A stretch of DNA of 64,000 bases from Vicinamibacteria bacterium (lineage in GTDB: Bacteria; Acidobacteriota; Vicinamibacteria; Marinacidobacterales; Marinacidobacteraceae). The notes beneath the pieces were generated by a model. That model ran no database searches, was not told the DNA's origin, and worked only from the letters and a program-made list of their open reading frames with translations. The position numbers and the translations under genes were made by a program. Every line of letters begins with the position of its first letter. The stretch's first letter is position 1. The stretch covers positions 3,424,001-3,488,000 of the forward strand of contig OY821641.1 of the NCBI GenBank assembly GCA_963555995.3, written 5' to 3'. This document shows positions 19,995-33,493 of the stretch, piece by piece.

Positions 19995-20726
19995 TCAGGC
20001 GGGCGCCGGGACGATCAGGTGGCCGAAGACGATGAAGAGGAAACACGCGGTGCTCAACATCGCGTACTCGGCGCTCGCCCGGCGATAGGTCCAGAAGCGG
20101 AACCCGGCGGCCGGAGTCCTGCCATCCAGCACCGCCCGGGTGTAGCAGATCCGCTGCGCGGCGATCAGGTTCCCGAAGACCGCGACCACGATCAGCGCCG
20201 CGTGGACGTTCCCGGAGACGAGCCCGACGACGAGGGCCACCGAGCGTTCCGGGCGCTCAAGGAAGCCCACATCACAGGCGGGAATCAGTTTCTCCGCGCG
20301 CGAGCGCGCGTACGAGGTGGCGACCGTCCCCGCGGTGGCGAGACACCAGACCGCGAGCCAGACGTTCCGTTCGGGCGTCTCGGTGGTCGCCAGGAAATAG
20401 AACAGCAGTCCGAACAGGAGCAGCATGTCCGAATAGCGGTCCATCACCGAATCGAGATAGGCCCCGAACTGCGTCACCTCGCGGGACGCGCGGGCGACCG
20501 CGCCGTCGAGGCAATCGAAGGTGATCGCCAGCAGGACCACCCAGCCGGCCGTCCACTGGTCCCCCTCGAGCAGCGGCCAGAAGACGAGCCCCATGACGAT
20601 CGGGCCCGACAGCGTCAGGGCGTTCGGGGGAACGCGCGCCCATATGATCCCGCGCGCGATGCCGTCCCGGATCCATTCGAGCACGACCTCCCAGAAACGG
20701 CCCAGGAGGGAGAAGAGCTTCTTCAT
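19995..20726 (-). CDS. CDP-alcohol phosphatidyltransferase
   Basis: PNALT and DCLDGAVAR..TQFGAYLDSVMDRYSD signature; start refined to ATG 20726. Confidence 0.92.
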   Translation of the reverse strand: MKKLFSLLGRFWEVVLEWIRDGIARGIIWARVPPNALTLSGPIVMGLVFWPLLEGDQWTAGWVVLLAITFDCLDGAVARASREVTQFGAYLDSVMDRYSDMLLLFGLLFYFLATTETPERNVWLAVWCLATAGTVATSYARSRAEKLIPACDVGFLERPERSVALVVGLVSGNVHAALIVVAVFGNLIAAQRICYTRAVLDGRTPAAGFRFWTYRRASAEYAMLSTACFLFIVFGHLIVPAPA

Positions 20727-20900
20727 GTTGCCTCGGGCCGGAACGCACCCCGACGCCGGAGAGGCTCGGGGCGTGGCGAGGGGGCCGGGACGGGCGCCTT
20801 CGGAGGGGATGCGGTCAAGGGCGCTCGGACGGAACGGCGGCGGATGTCTCGCCCCGCCGCGCCGCGAGACCCGTAGCATATTCGGGATCACCCGGACGCG

Positions 20901-21848
20901 ATGAGCCGTCTTCCCCTGGTGATCGCGAACCCCGAAGCGGGAAGCGGGAGCGGTCGGGACCGCTGGCGGGCCGCCTCCGCGGCCGTCACCGAGCGGCTTG
21001 GTCCCCACGACCTGACGTGGACCGAGGAGCCGGGCCACGCGGAACGGATCGCCCGGGCGGAGGGGAACGCGCGCCCCCTCCTGATCGCCTACGGCGGCGA
21101 CGGCACCGCCTCGGAAGTGGCTCGGGGCCTCGCCGGCTCGAAGGGGGGCGCCGAGCTGGGCCTTCTTCCGAGCGGAACGGGCAACGACTTTGCCGCCGCT
21201 TCAGGAATCCCGACCCGCCTTCCGGAAGCCGCCCGGTTCCTCAGCCGAACCCCGGCCCGGGCCACCGATCTCGGCCATGTCGAGGCCGCGACCGGAACGT
21301 CCCGGTTCTTCCTGAACAGTTTTTCGCTGGGACTCGCCGCCGCGGTTGCGGAGCGAACATCCCTCGGCGGCGGCCTGGGCCGGGCCACCTACGCGGCCGC
21401 CGCGGCGCGCGAAATCGTCGCGTACCAACCGGCGCCGCTCCGCGTCGGCCTCGACGAAAGCCCCGCCCGGCCGCGCACGCTCCTGAACCTCACCGTGCTC
21501 AACTCGCGCCGGTTCGGCGCCGGGATTCCCCTGGCGCCCCCGGCCGATCCCGGGGACGGCCGCCTCGACGCGGTGCTGATCGGTCCGCTCGGCCCCCTCG
21601 CCCTGATGGACGCCGTCTTCCGGCTCACCCAGGGAACGCACTTCACGCGGCGCGAGATCGAGCACCGCGCGGTCACGCGCGTCACGGTCGGCTCGTTGCC
21701 CGGCGCGCGCGGCGCACCGGAGCTGCTGTCCGAGATGGATGGGGAGGTCGTCCGCTGGCGGGAGGCGCTCACGGTCTCGGTGGCGCCCGGCGCGGTACGG
21801 ATCAGGAGGGCGCCACCGCGTCCGCCGGACCGCGATCCCGGCGGGTGA
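20901..21848 (+). CDS. Diacylglycerol/lipid kinase family protein
   Basis: NPEAGSG, GGDGT, PSGTGNDFA, EMDGE. Confidence 0.92.
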   Translation: MSRLPLVIANPEAGSGSGRDRWRAASAAVTERLGPHDLTWTEEPGHAERIARAEGNARPLLIAYGGDGTASEVARGLAGSKGGAELGLLPSGTGNDFAAASGIPTRLPEAARFLSRTPARATDLGHVEAATGTSRFFLNSFSLGLAAAVAERTSLGGGLGRATYAAAAAREIVAYQPAPLRVGLDESPARPRTLLNLTVLNSRRFGAGIPLAPPADPGDGRLDAVLIGPLGPLALMDAVFRLTQGTHFTRREIEHRAVTRVTVGSLPGARGAPELLSEMDGEVVRWREALTVSVAPGAVRIRRAPPRPPDRDPGG

Positions 21849-21881
21849 ATCAACACCAAAAGACCTGATGGCGCCGCCGGT

Positions 21882-22123
21882 CTGAAACGCCGGCGTCAGC
21901 CGGCCCACTTGCTGTGAAAATGCCGTCCTGCGCGTTCGCCAACGGCCGTGAGGGCACCGCCGGCTTGGAACGCCGGCTTCAGCCGGCACGCGCTGCGCGA
22001 AGCGCAGCGCACGACGCTCTTCCACGCGATGGCGTCCGGCTCTCGGTCCATCACCGCGAACAGCGGCACGACATCCGCGAGCCTTCGGCCCGCGGTGCCG
22101 GCTGAAGCCGGCGTTCCAAGCCG
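21882..22123. repeat. REP-like inverted pair between convergent genes
   Basis: Perfect 29-bp inverted repeat CGGCTTGGAACGCCGGCTTCAGCCGGCAC (21961-21989 / 22095-22123), degenerate copy near 21882. Confidence 0.85.
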
Positions 22124-22139
22124 TTGCGCCGTTCTCGGA

Positions 22140-23150
22140 TCAGGAGAGCCCCGCGTCCTTCCCCTGGAGCCAGCGGACCGTGTCCAGGAGAGTGACCCGG
22201 CCGTCGCGGGGGTCGTGGCCCAGCTCCCGCGTCGCCTTGTCGGAACGGAAGTACCAGTAGCGGCCGGCCATCTCGCGGCTGATCCGGTCCACGGCGGGTT
22301 CGCGCCCGACCTGGCGCGCGACTTCCTCCGTCAGCAGCGCCCCGACGGTGTAGAGATTCCGCGAGGGACGGAGGCGGGGCGCCGGCGTACCGGACACCTC
22401 ACCGAGCCGGGCAAAGAACTCTTCGAAGGTCCAGTTGTGGCCTCCCAGCAGATAGCGCTGGCCGCTCCGTCCCTTGACCATGGCGGCCCGGACCCCGGCG
22501 GCGGCGTCGCGGACGTCCACGAAGTTCAACCCGCCGGGGGGGATCACCCGGAATTGGCCGGAGAGGAACTGGAGCACGTCGCCGGTCGAGGACAGTCTCT
22601 CGTCGCCGGGCCCGAGCAGCAGCGACGGATTCACGATCACGACCTCGACGTCGCCCCCGGCCGCCGACAGGAGCGTCCGTTCCTGAAGCCACTTGCTCCA
22701 GTAGTAGGGCCAGCGTCCGATCAGCTCGATGGGAACGAGCGCGGTCTCGTCGGTCTCCGGCTCCGGGTCGCGCGACACCGCGATCGTGCCGCTGGTGGAC
22801 ACCAGCACGATCCGCGCGACACCGGCCTTCCGGGCCGCGTTCGCCAGGGCGCGCGTGCCCTCCACATGGACGCGCTGGAGACTGGCGGCGGCGTCCGGGT
22901 CCCGCGAGACCCGGCCGGCGAGGTGGAAGACCCTCCCCACGCCATCGAGCGCCGCTTCCAGCCCCGCGCCCGAGGCCACGTCGCCGACCACGACCTCCAC
23001 GCCGCGGGCCGCGAGGTCGGGAACGGGCTGGCGGGCGAGCACCCGAACGGGGTCGCCGTCCTCGAGCAGCAGCGGGAGCAGGTGGCTGCCGAGAAAGCCG
23101 GTGGCGCCGGTGACCAGTACCGGGGCGGTTGCGGAGGTCGCTTCGGTCAC
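22140..23150 (-). CDS. elbE: NAD-dependent epimerase/dehydratase (ElbE-like)
   Basis: TGATGFLG, YYWSK; last gene of the elb-like operon; start refined to GTG 23150. Confidence 0.8.
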   Translation of the reverse strand: MTEATSATAPVLVTGATGFLGSHLLPLLLEDGDPVRVLARQPVPDLAARGVEVVVGDVASGAGLEAALDGVGRVFHLAGRVSRDPDAAASLQRVHVEGTRALANAARKAGVARIVLVSTSGTIAVSRDPEPETDETALVPIELIGRWPYYWSKWLQERTLLSAAGGDVEVVIVNPSLLLGPGDERLSSTGDVLQFLSGQFRVIPPGGLNFVDVRDAAAGVRAAMVKGRSGQRYLLGGHNWTFEEFFARLGEVSGTPAPRLRPSRNLYTVGALLTEEVARQVGREPAVDRISREMAGRYWYFRSDKATRELGHDPRDGRVTLLDTVRWLQGKDAGLS

Positions 23151-23172
23151 GGTGGGGACCCGTCGGCGTTCC

Positions 23173-26100
23173 TCAGCCAACCGGCGTCGGATCGGGCATC
23201 CGGTCGTTCGCCGGCGCGGCGGCGGAGCGCCGCGATTCCGCACCCGGCGCCGCGCCTGCGAGGATGCGCGCCGCCTCCTCCTCGAGCCGGACCGGGTCCT
23301 GGCGCCCCAGGCGCTCGACCATGGTCTGCACGAGCTCGGTCACCCGCGCTTCGGCAACCGCGGCCCGGACCCCGCCCTCGGCGAAGCGAAGCAGGAAATC
23401 GTGGGAGAGGAACGGCCCGATCCGCGCCGCCACGGTGCGCGAACGGAGCCCGACGGCGCCGGGGGGGAACGCTCCCCAGGTATCGAGATGGATTGGCAGC
23501 ACGCCGACCCGGCAGCGGTACGCCAGGTGCGCGAACCCGCGCCGGAACTTCTGGATCTGCCCGCTCCGCGACCTCGTTCCTTCGGGAAACACCAGCACGC
23601 TGTAGCCCTGGTCGAGATACCCCGCGGCCCGGTCCAGCGACTCGCGGAGCGAGCCGCGGCGTTCCATGGGGACGAGACCCGTGAAGTTGCCGAAGAAGGT
23701 GCGCTTCACCCGGTTGTCGAAGAAGTAGTCGGCGGCGGCCAGCGCCAGCAGGTTCGCCCCCGCCTCCCCGAGCGCCATCTTCACGAGCCCCATGTCGAGA
23801 TGGGAGCCGTGATTCGCCACCACCAGGTAGTTCGTGTGGTTCGGGACGTGCGCCCGGCCCGTGAAGGTGGGCGTGAGCACCTGGTGGTAGAACCAGTGCT
23901 GGACCTCGGTCAGCGCCGCACGTCCGGCCTTGGCCACCGCGGGCGGAATCTCGATCTCGTCCTCCTCCCGCTTCTTCCGGGACTCGCCGCGTCGCGGACG
24001 CCGGCCCCGGACGCCGCCCGGAGGCGTCCGCATGGCGAGCACCAGCTCCTCGATGGTGATCATGTTGGCGAGCGCCTCGGGAGCTGCCGACTCGCCGAAC
24101 TCGGACTCGAGCCCGGCCGCGAGTTCGTTGTACATGAGGCTGTCGAAGCCCAGCTCCGCGAAGGAGGACGACGTCCGGATCTCCGAGACGGGACGCTCGG
24201 CGATGGAGGCGATCAGTTCCAAAATCCGGTTCCCCGACAGCGTCTCCTCGCCGGATTCGGCGGCCGCCTCGCGGCGCCGGTCGGCGAGCCAGCGCACGAG
24301 CTCGGCCCGCTTCACCTTGCGGGTCGCGGTCCGGGGAAGCGTCTCGTCCGAGAACTCGACCGTCTTGATCCGCTTGTGCAGCGGCAATCGGGACGAAACG
24401 GACCGGATGTGGGCCTCGACGCGCTGCCGGCCCTCCAGGGTCTTCTCCTTCGGGACGACGACCGCCGCCACCTGCTCGGCCATCCCGTCGGGAAGTCCGA
24501 CCACCGCGAGTTCGGCGATCAGCTCCGGCGAGGCGTAGATCTCCTCCACTTCGTCCGGGTAGATGTTCTTGCCGCCGCTGTCCACGATCACGTCCTTGCG
24601 GCGGCCGACCAGGAAGAGGTGCCCGTCCTTGTCGAGGCGTCCCAGGTCGCCGGTGTAGAGCCAGCCGTCGCGCAGCGCCTCCGCCGTCGCCTCGTCGTTT
24701 CCGTAGTAGCCGGCCATGACGTTCGGGCCCTTCGCCGCCACCTCGCCGACCCCCGAGGCGTCGGGGTCCACGATCCGGATCTCGATCCCGGGAAGCGCCT
24801 TGCCGACGCTGCCGATGGGCACGGGTCCGTCCGGGGACGTCACCGTCAGCACGGGGGCGGCTTCGGTGAGCCCATAGCCCTGGGCGATATGGAACCCGAG
24901 GCCGCGGAAGGCCTTCCAGGTCGCCTCGGAAAGCGCCGACGCGCCGCTGATCAGGTAGCGGATCCGGCCCCCCAGCGCGGTGTGCACCGGGAGGAAGACC
25001 GCGGGGCCGATGTTGACGCCGGTGTCCTCCCGGAGGAGGTGCGCCGCGTCAATCAGGGCGGTGGCGAGGTCTTCCGCCCGCTGCGACCGCTCCGCGAAGG
25101 GCGCCAGGATGCGCCGCCGCAGGAGGTCCCAGAGCGCGGGCACTCCCACGATGCAGGTGGTGTGTCCCTTCCGCAGCTCGGTGTTGATGGCTTCGGCGCC
25201 GATCTCGTCCAGGTAGGCGATCTGGGCGCCCCGGGAGAGCGGCAGCAGGAAACCGGTGGTGAACTCGAACGAATGGTGGAGCGGGAGGATGCTGAGCGCA
25301 CCGTCCTTCTCGTCAATGTCGTAGACCGACAGCAGCTTGGCTACCAGCGAGGTGAAGTTCCGCTGCGTCAGCATCACCCCCTTGGGCGTGCCGGTCGTTC
25401 CGGAGGTGAAGAGGATGGAGGCCAGCGCGGTCGGGCTGGTACGGACGGGCTTGGGGGGAGCCGCCTCGTCCTCTCCTTCGTCCAGCGCGAAGACCTCCCG
25501 GAACGGATGGGCGGCGACCGGCGCTACCGAGCCGTTGTCGCGGGCGAGCCCGGAATGCCGGTCGAACAGCGAATCGCCCATCAGGACGGCCTTGGCGTCC
25601 CCGAGCCGGAGCAGCCGGACGATCTCCTCGCGGCGCAGGTCGCGTTCGAGCGGAATGGCGGTCGCCCCGATCCGCTGGATGGCGAAGTACGCCATGCCCC
25701 ACTCGGGGGAGTTCTCGCCGATCAGCCCGACGTGATCGCCGGCGCCCAACCCCCGGGCCGCCAGGAACGCGGCCCCCCGGAGAACGCACTCCCGGAGGTC
25801 GCCGTAGGTGTACCGCTCCTCCCGGCCGCCCCGGGTGATCCGCATCGCCACCCGCCCCGCGTGGTTCTTGGTACACGCCTCGAACAACTCGTTGATGGTC
25901 CGGTAGGTGTAGACGCGCTTCTGGGCGCGGCGCTGGCCGCGCTCTTGGTCCTCGAGCGCCGGGAACACCCACCGCTCGAGGCCCGGCAGGTGGACGTGGA
26001 GCCAGTAGTCGTACCAGTCGATCTCCTCGGGATTGAAGAAAAGCTTTCCGTCGTTTCCGTCGAGCCGGGAGAAGAGATCGTGCGTGTTGTCGGCGCGGAA

Positions 26101-27588
26101 GATGAACTCCTCGCCGGCGATGAAGGGCCGGAAGGTGTGGTACTGCCGCTCGCCCTGGGTGACGAAGTCCTCGAACGAGTCCACGTTCCGCTGGAGCGCC
26201 TCGACCACGCCGACCAGGGGACCGATGGGTTCGTCGCCGGCCCGGCCGAGCACGCCGGACAGCGCGGAGGCGGACTCCCGCATCCACTTGAGGGTGTGTT
26301 TTTCGAAGCGGTCGGCGCGGACCGCCTGCGCCTCCATCCGGGCGAGCGCCTCGTTCCAGAGCTTCATGCCGGTCGGCTTGTCGCGGAAGTGGCGGCGCTT
26401 GTAGATCCCGACGAGGTCCACGAGCCGCTCCACCCGCGCCGGGTTCCGGTCCCCGCTGGACACCTGGTACACGAGGTGGGGCTCCGACACGATCGTTTCG
26501 GCGGCGACCGCCAGCGTCGCCGAGGCGACGAGGTCCACCGGCACGACGTCCAGCACCACCCCCGGGCCGACCGGGAACAGGTTCTGCCCCCGGAGCGCCA
26601 TCCGGACGAGCGGGGCGCTGGTGGTGAAGCCCTCGTTCCAGCCGGTGTGGGGGAACGAGAGCGCGCTCTCCACCACCGCCGGGCGCACGATCGCCCGCGC
26701 GACGCCCTCCGCGCCCGCCACGAGCTGGTCCCCGAGGCTCTTCGTGTAGGTGTAGATGTTCGGCCAGCCCCAGCCCTGCGCCTTCTCGATGCCGAGGTCG
26801 CGGAGCCGGCGGCGGATCCACTCCTTCCGCTCGCGGGCGATGGCGAGCGACAGCGACCGCGCGTCGTCCGGGTCGCGGCCCTCCTCGGCGAACCGCTTGC
26901 GGGCCGCCTCCTGGAAGGCGTCCACCCGCGACTTGTCCTCCGCTTCGTCGCGCACCCGGGCGGCGAGGCGTTCGCAGTCCTCGATCTCCTTCTCGACCGA
27001 GAACTCCTGGTCTTCCCGGTCGCGGCGCGGGAAATAGCCGATCAGGGGTTCGTCCTCGCGCACCTCTCCCGATCGCATCCCCGCCACGAAGCAGGTGCTG
27101 ATGTGCACGAGGGCGGGGCGCTGCATCCGCCGGGCGAAGGCGATGGTGTTCCGGGTCCCGTGGACGTTCGTCTGGAGCGCCGCCTCGAGCGACGGGTTGA
27201 ACGTCACCCGGCCGGAACAGTTGAGGACGAGATCAATGTCGGCGGCGATCTCCGCGGCGCGTTCTTCCGGGTAGCCGAGGTTGTCGCTCGTGATGTCCCC
27301 GCCGAGCACGACGATCTTCTCGTCCAGGAAATCGCGGAGGCCGGACCCGTGGCGCTCGCGCAGCGGCGAGACCGCCGGGGAGTTCTCCCAGATGTCTTCG
27401 AACCGCACCCGGCTCTCCGCCTCGCCCGCCGCCCGCACCATGAGATAGACGCGCCGGATCTCCGGGAAGAACTCGAGGAGCATCCCGAGGCAGACCTTGC
27501 CCAGGAACCCGGTCCCGCCGAGCAGCAGGATGCTCCGTCCGGCGAAGGCTTCGCCCACGTGGATCCGGGGCCGGGCCATCTGGGTCAC
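23173..27588 (-). CDS. elbD: Multidomain ether-lipid biosynthesis enzyme: fatty acyl reductase - acyl-AMP/CoA ligase - ACP - acyltransferase
   Basis: GGTGFLGK and YTYTKS (FAR); FTSGTTGTPKG, GYGLTE, TGDLG (adenylation); LGFDSL (ACP); NHGSHLD, FPEGTRS (PlsC). This is the domain order of myxobacterial ElbD. Confidence 0.9.
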   Translation of the reverse strand: MTQMARPRIHVGEAFAGRSILLLGGTGFLGKVCLGMLLEFFPEIRRVYLMVRAAGEAESRVRFEDIWENSPAVSPLRERHGSGLRDFLDEKIVVLGGDITSDNLGYPEERAAEIAADIDLVLNCSGRVTFNPSLEAALQTNVHGTRNTIAFARRMQRPALVHISTCFVAGMRSGEVREDEPLIGYFPRRDREDQEFSVEKEIEDCERLAARVRDEAEDKSRVDAFQEAARKRFAEEGRDPDDARSLSLAIARERKEWIRRRLRDLGIEKAQGWGWPNIYTYTKSLGDQLVAGAEGVARAIVRPAVVESALSFPHTGWNEGFTTSAPLVRMALRGQNLFPVGPGVVLDVVPVDLVASATLAVAAETIVSEPHLVYQVSSGDRNPARVERLVDLVGIYKRRHFRDKPTGMKLWNEALARMEAQAVRADRFEKHTLKWMRESASALSGVLGRAGDEPIGPLVGVVEALQRNVDSFEDFVTQGERQYHTFRPFIAGEEFIFRADNTHDLFSRLDGNDGKLFFNPEEIDWYDYWLHVHLPGLERWVFPALEDQERGQRRAQKRVYTYRTINELFEACTKNHAGRVAMRITRGGREERYTYGDLRECVLRGAAFLAARGLGAGDHVGLIGENSPEWGMAYFAIQRIGATAIPLERDLRREEIVRLLRLGDAKAVLMGDSLFDRHSGLARDNGSVAPVAAHPFREVFALDEGEDEAAPPKPVRTSPTALASILFTSGTTGTPKGVMLTQRNFTSLVAKLLSVYDIDEKDGALSILPLHHSFEFTTGFLLPLSRGAQIAYLDEIGAEAINTELRKGHTTCIVGVPALWDLLRRRILAPFAERSQRAEDLATALIDAAHLLREDTGVNIGPAVFLPVHTALGGRIRYLISGASALSEATWKAFRGLGFHIAQGYGLTEAAPVLTVTSPDGPVPIGSVGKALPGIEIRIVDPDASGVGEVAAKGPNVMAGYYGNDEATAEALRDGWLYTGDLGRLDKDGHLFLVGRRKDVIVDSGGKNIYPDEVEEIYASPELIAELAVVGLPDGMAEQVAAVVVPKEKTLEGRQRVEAHIRSVSSRLPLHKRIKTVEFSDETLPRTATRKVKRAELVRWLADRRREAAAESGEETLSGNRILELIASIAERPVSEIRTSSSFAELGFDSLMYNELAAGLESEFGESAAPEALANMITIEELVLAMRTPPGGVRGRRPRRGESRKKREEDEIEIPPAVAKAGRAALTEVQHWFYHQVLTPTFTGRAHVPNHTNYLVVANHGSHLDMGLVKMALGEAGANLLALAAADYFFDNRVKRTFFGNFTGLVPMERRGSLRESLDRAAGYLDQGYSVLVFPEGTRSRSGQIQKFRRGFAHLAYRCRVGVLPIHLDTWGAFPPGAVGLRSRTVAARIGPFLSHDFLLRFAEGGVRAAVAEARVTELVQTMVERLGRQDPVRLEEEAARILAGAAPGAESRRSAAAPANDRMPDPTPVG

Positions 27589-27595
27589 GGCGCGG

Positions 27596-29194
27596 CTAGG
27601 AGACCTCGGGGATCATGATCGGCGGGACATGGAGCATGGTGATTTCGGCGGAGCGGCCGTGCGTGCTGCGCGCCATCGCGATCGCCTCGGTCACCGTCTC
27701 CGCCGATTCCCAGCCGAGGATCTCGGGGACGTGCTGGTTCTTCGCCCCGGCCACGATGATCCGGCCGACGTGCTGGCGCCCGTTCTCGCCCCAGTACCAC
27801 ATGAAGAAGGGATGGGCCCCGTGGTAGGCGTTCCCGTCCCGGTACATCTGCACGTAGGACGGGTTGTGCGCGAACTCCTCCTCGTACTTCGTCCGCAGCA
27901 CGAAGGGGTCCCGGGTCTCGGGGAGCAGCCGGTGGAAGAACTCGATGTAGCTGGGGTGAAACAGGGGATCGAAGTCGTCGTGGCAGGGGTGCGCCAGGAT
28001 CAGGGTGCCGCCCTTCCTGATCAGCGGCTTCCCCCGGTAGAGGTTGAAGAGATAGCCCGGACCCATGACCTGGACGAGCAGCGGGTTCAGGATCGAGTTC
28101 ACGTTGTAGGGCGAGATGTAGGGGATCCCCGAGAGCAGGATGTCGCACTGCCCCTTCACGGGGACGGCGTACTGCTGGAAGGAACGCTCGAGGGTCTTTT
28201 CGTGAACGGGCTCGGTGCGGCCCGCATAGCAGCCGATCAACTCGAAGGCGCCCGGGATGCGGTGCAGGAACTGCCGCTTCGCCGGCGCGGGCAGGCGGCT
28301 CAGCGACCAGCGCGTCCCCGCGAGCTTCAGCCGGTCGAGGTCGCTGAACTCGTCCTCGTCCTTCCCGAGGAACGAGAGGGTGTCGGAATACATCCGGTTG
28401 TTGAGCACCGTCTCCACGTGAAACACGTTCAGGTGCCGGTCCACGATCTTGCCCATCCGGTCCACCTTGCGGCTCAGTTCCGACTTGGCCGGGTCCATGT
28501 AGCCGTCGGAATCGCGGATCGTCTGCGGCTCGTGGTGCGGCCTCAGGCTCTCGTAGTCGCAAAGCCCCACGGTCACCGACTTGTGACCCCCGTCCATGGG
28601 CACCAGGTTGATGTTCAGGTAGATGACGAGGTCGCTCTCGGTCACCCGCCGGTTCACCCGGACCGGCTCGTGATGGCGGGTCTTTCCCAGCGCGACCATG
28701 CCGTTCGGATCCTCGGCATCGTGGTTGTAGTAGCGGTTCGGATAGAACGCCTTGTGGATGTCCGGCCCCACCATCCGGCGCATTTCCGATTCGGTCATCT
28801 TCCGGTGCAGCGAGTTCGCAATGACCAGGTGGATGTCGTCCACGCCGTGGTCGCCGAGCATTTCCAGCACGATCTCGAGCGCGGTCTGGCGGACGTCGGG
28901 AGTGGCCATCGGCGGCAGCGGCAGGCTGATGTCGTCGAGCGCGATGGTGACCCGCATTCCCGGCCGGAGCTGCGCGTAGAGCGGATCGCAGCCCAGCGGA
29001 TGGTTGAGCGCGTGTCGGATCGCCCCCCGCGGGTTCGGCAGGCCCCGGATCGGCGGCGGCGGATAGACCACCCGGGTGCCGACCGGCAGGTGTTCCTCGA
29101 GAAAGTCCTCGCCGTAGTGCAGAACACGCGCGGCCGAGTCATTGTCAATGAAGACGATGCCGGGATCGGTCTTGTGGCGCAGGGCGGGGGTCAT
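27596..29194 (-). CDS. elbC: Lactate-racemase N-terminal-like (DUF2088) domain protein, ElbC-like
   Basis: [34 protein letters not shown]; sits between the HAD gene and elbD. Confidence 0.75.
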   Translation of the reverse strand: MTPALRHKTDPGIVFIDNDSAARVLHYGEDFLEEHLPVGTRVVYPPPPIRGLPNPRGAIRHALNHPLGCDPLYAQLRPGMRVTIALDDISLPLPPMATPDVRQTALEIVLEMLGDHGVDDIHLVIANSLHRKMTESEMRRMVGPDIHKAFYPNRYYNHDAEDPNGMVALGKTRHHEPVRVNRRVTESDLVIYLNINLVPMDGGHKSVTVGLCDYESLRPHHEPQTIRDSDGYMDPAKSELSRKVDRMGKIVDRHLNVFHVETVLNNRMYSDTLSFLGKDEDEFSDLDRLKLAGTRWSLSRLPAPAKRQFLHRIPGAFELIGCYAGRTEPVHEKTLERSFQQYAVPVKGQCDILLSGIPYISPYNVNSILNPLLVQVMGPGYLFNLYRGKPLIRKGGTLILAHPCHDDFDPLFHPSYIEFFHRLLPETRDPFVLRTKYEEEFAHNPSYVQMYRDGNAYHGAHPFFMWYWGENGRQHVGRIIVAGAKNQHVPEILGWESAETVTEAIAMARSTHGRSAEITMLHVPPIMIPEVS

Positions 29195-29218
29195 GCAGTG
29201 GGCTTCCTTCCGGGCGCT

Positions 29219-29935
29219 CTAGAGCGCGGGAGTGAGATTCGGCCGGCTCAGATCAATGACCGGCCAGTCGTGGTGCCGGGCCGTGCTCTTGAGGCGAACG
29301 TCCGGGTTGGCCGCGGTGGGATGGCCGACCACGCTCAGCATGGGCAGGTCGGACATGCTGTCGGCGTAGGCGTAACTATCGTTCAACGAGAGCTCCTCGC
29401 GTTCCGCGTATTCCCGGATCCAGAGCGCCTTGCTCGCGCTCGCCATCACCGGCGGCGCCAGTCGGCCGGTGGCCCGGCCGTCCACGAACTCGAGGCGGTT
29501 GGCGACGAACTCGGTGATCCCGAGGTCGTCGAGGAGGGGCCGGATGGACACCTCGAGCGCGCCGGTCACGACCACCTGCCGCAGGCCGCTCCGGCGCGAC
29601 GCCTCGATGAGCGCGCGGGTTCCGGGGAAGATGCCGGGGCGGACCACGTCCCGGTAGAGGTCCTCGGCGAGCGAGCGCAGCCGGTCGTGGGACTGGCCCC
29701 GGTACCACTTGAAGAAGAGATCGTTGAAGAGTTTGCGGCTGTAGAAATCGGTCGTGAGGAACAGCGGGATTCCGGCGAGCGTCGCCGCGGAGTTCTTCAG
29801 ACTCCGCAGGAGCCCTTGGTCGTTCCGGGCGTAATACCCGAGGACATGAACGAGATTCGTGCGAATCAGGGTGCCGTCGAGGTCGTAGAACGCCGCCGCT
29901 TTCGCCGGACGGTTCGCTGGTTCGCCGGGTGACAT
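29219..29935 (-). CDS. elbB: HAD-IB family hydrolase/phosphatase, ElbB-like
   Basis: FYDLDGTL, VVTGA, YADSMSDLPML, ANPD; start refined to ATG 29935. Confidence 0.8.
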   Translation of the reverse strand: MSPGEPANRPAKAAAFYDLDGTLIRTNLVHVLGYYARNDQGLLRSLKNSAATLAGIPLFLTTDFYSRKLFNDLFFKWYRGQSHDRLRSLAEDLYRDVVRPGIFPGTRALIEASRRSGLRQVVVTGALEVSIRPLLDDLGITEFVANRLEFVDGRATGRLAPPVMASASKALWIREYAEREELSLNDSYAYADSMSDLPMLSVVGHPTAANPDVRLKSTARHHDWPVIDLSRPNLTPAL

Positions 29936-30068
29936 CGGGGTCAGATTATCGCCGCGCGCCCGCCGGGACGGCTGTCGGGCGCGCGTCCGAAGGTGTTGTT
30001 GGCGTACCATCCACCGTCCTCTTCGAGTTCAGGACTCCCCGTTTCGCCCAAAAGGGGGCGAGAAGTTC

Positions 30069-31135
30069 GTGATTCAACTGCCAACCCCGAAAGACCCCTC
30101 GCAAGCCATCCGCCGCGTCGCAATCACGGCCGTCGGGGCCTATCTTCCGGACCGGGTGCTGTCGAACGACGATCTGGAAAGGATGGTGGACACCTCCGAC
30201 GAGTGGATCCGGGAGCGCACCGGCATCAGCGAGCGCCGGATCGTGGAGAGGGGCACCGGATGTTCCTCCCTGGCCTCCCGCGCGGCTCAGGACGCGCTGC
30301 GGCGGCGGGGAATCACGGCCGACGACGTGGATCTCATCGTGGTCGCCACCGTGACCCCCGACATGAGCTTCCCCTCCACCGCCTGCCTGGTCCAGGACCG
30401 GATCGGCGCCAGCCGCGCCTGGGGATTCGATCTGTCGGCGGCGTGCAGCGGCTTCAACTTCGCGCTCGCCGCGGGGACGCAGTTCGTCGCCAGCGGGGCC
30501 GTGGAACGGGCGCTGGTGATCGGGGCTGACGTGATGAGCTCGATCACCGACTACGAGGACCGGTCCACCTGCATCCTGTTCGGGGATGCGGGCGGCGCGG
30601 TCCTGCTCGAAGCCGCCCAGGACGGCGAGGGCATCCTCGGTTTCAACAACCAGGTGGACGGCTCCGGGTGCGACCTGCTCCAGATGCCCGCCGGGGGCAG
30701 CCTTCGCCCGCCCACCCACGAGACCGTGGACCGCAAGGAGCACTACCTCAAGCAGGAGGGCAAGGCGGTCTTCCGCTTCGCGGTGCGCAACTCGGCCGAC
30801 GCCGCCGAGGCGCTGCTGGCGGAGCTCGGCTTCACGCGCGACGACGTCTCCTTCCTCGTCTGCCACCAGGCGAACGCCCGGATCATTGATGCGGTCGCGC
30901 GGCGGCTCCAGGTTCCGCCGGAACGCGTGGTGAAGACGATCCACAAGTACGGCAACACCACCGCCGCCTCGATCCCCACCGCGCTCCGTGACGCCCTCGA
31001 CCGCTCGCTGCTCGCGCCCGGCGACCTGGTGCTGTTCAGTTCGGTGGGCGCCGGGCTGACCATCGGCACCGCCGCCATTCGCTGGGGCGGCGAACGGACC
31101 GCTCCGGCATCGGCCGGGACGAACTCCACCGGCCC

Positions 31136-31139
<4 letters not shown>
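30069..31139 (+). CDS. fabH: Beta-ketoacyl-ACP synthase III
   Basis: [42 protein letters not shown]. Confidence 0.96.
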
Positions 31140-33250
<2,111 letters not shown>

Positions 33251-33289
33251 CGGCCCTCGGGGCCCCACCGGTCCTGAAGATGGCGGGAA

Positions 33290-33456
33290 CGGCTTGGAGC
33301 GCCGGCTTCAGCCGGCACAGCCCGCCGCAGGCGGGCGGCGGGACAGACCTCACTCTCCGGGATGGCTCGGTCGCGCGCGTCCATGCACCCGGGTAGCGAC
33401 GAACGCCAGCGGCCCGGCGGGCCGCTTGTGCCGGCTGAAGCCGGCGGTCCAAGCCG
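33290..33456. repeat. REP-like inverted pair between convergent genes
   Basis: CGGCTTGGAGCGCCGGCTTCAGCCGGCAC (33290-33318) and inverted copy 33428-33456. Confidence 0.85.
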
Positions 33457-33493
33457 GCCGCCCCATCAAGGCCCCAAGATCGAGGAATCCCGG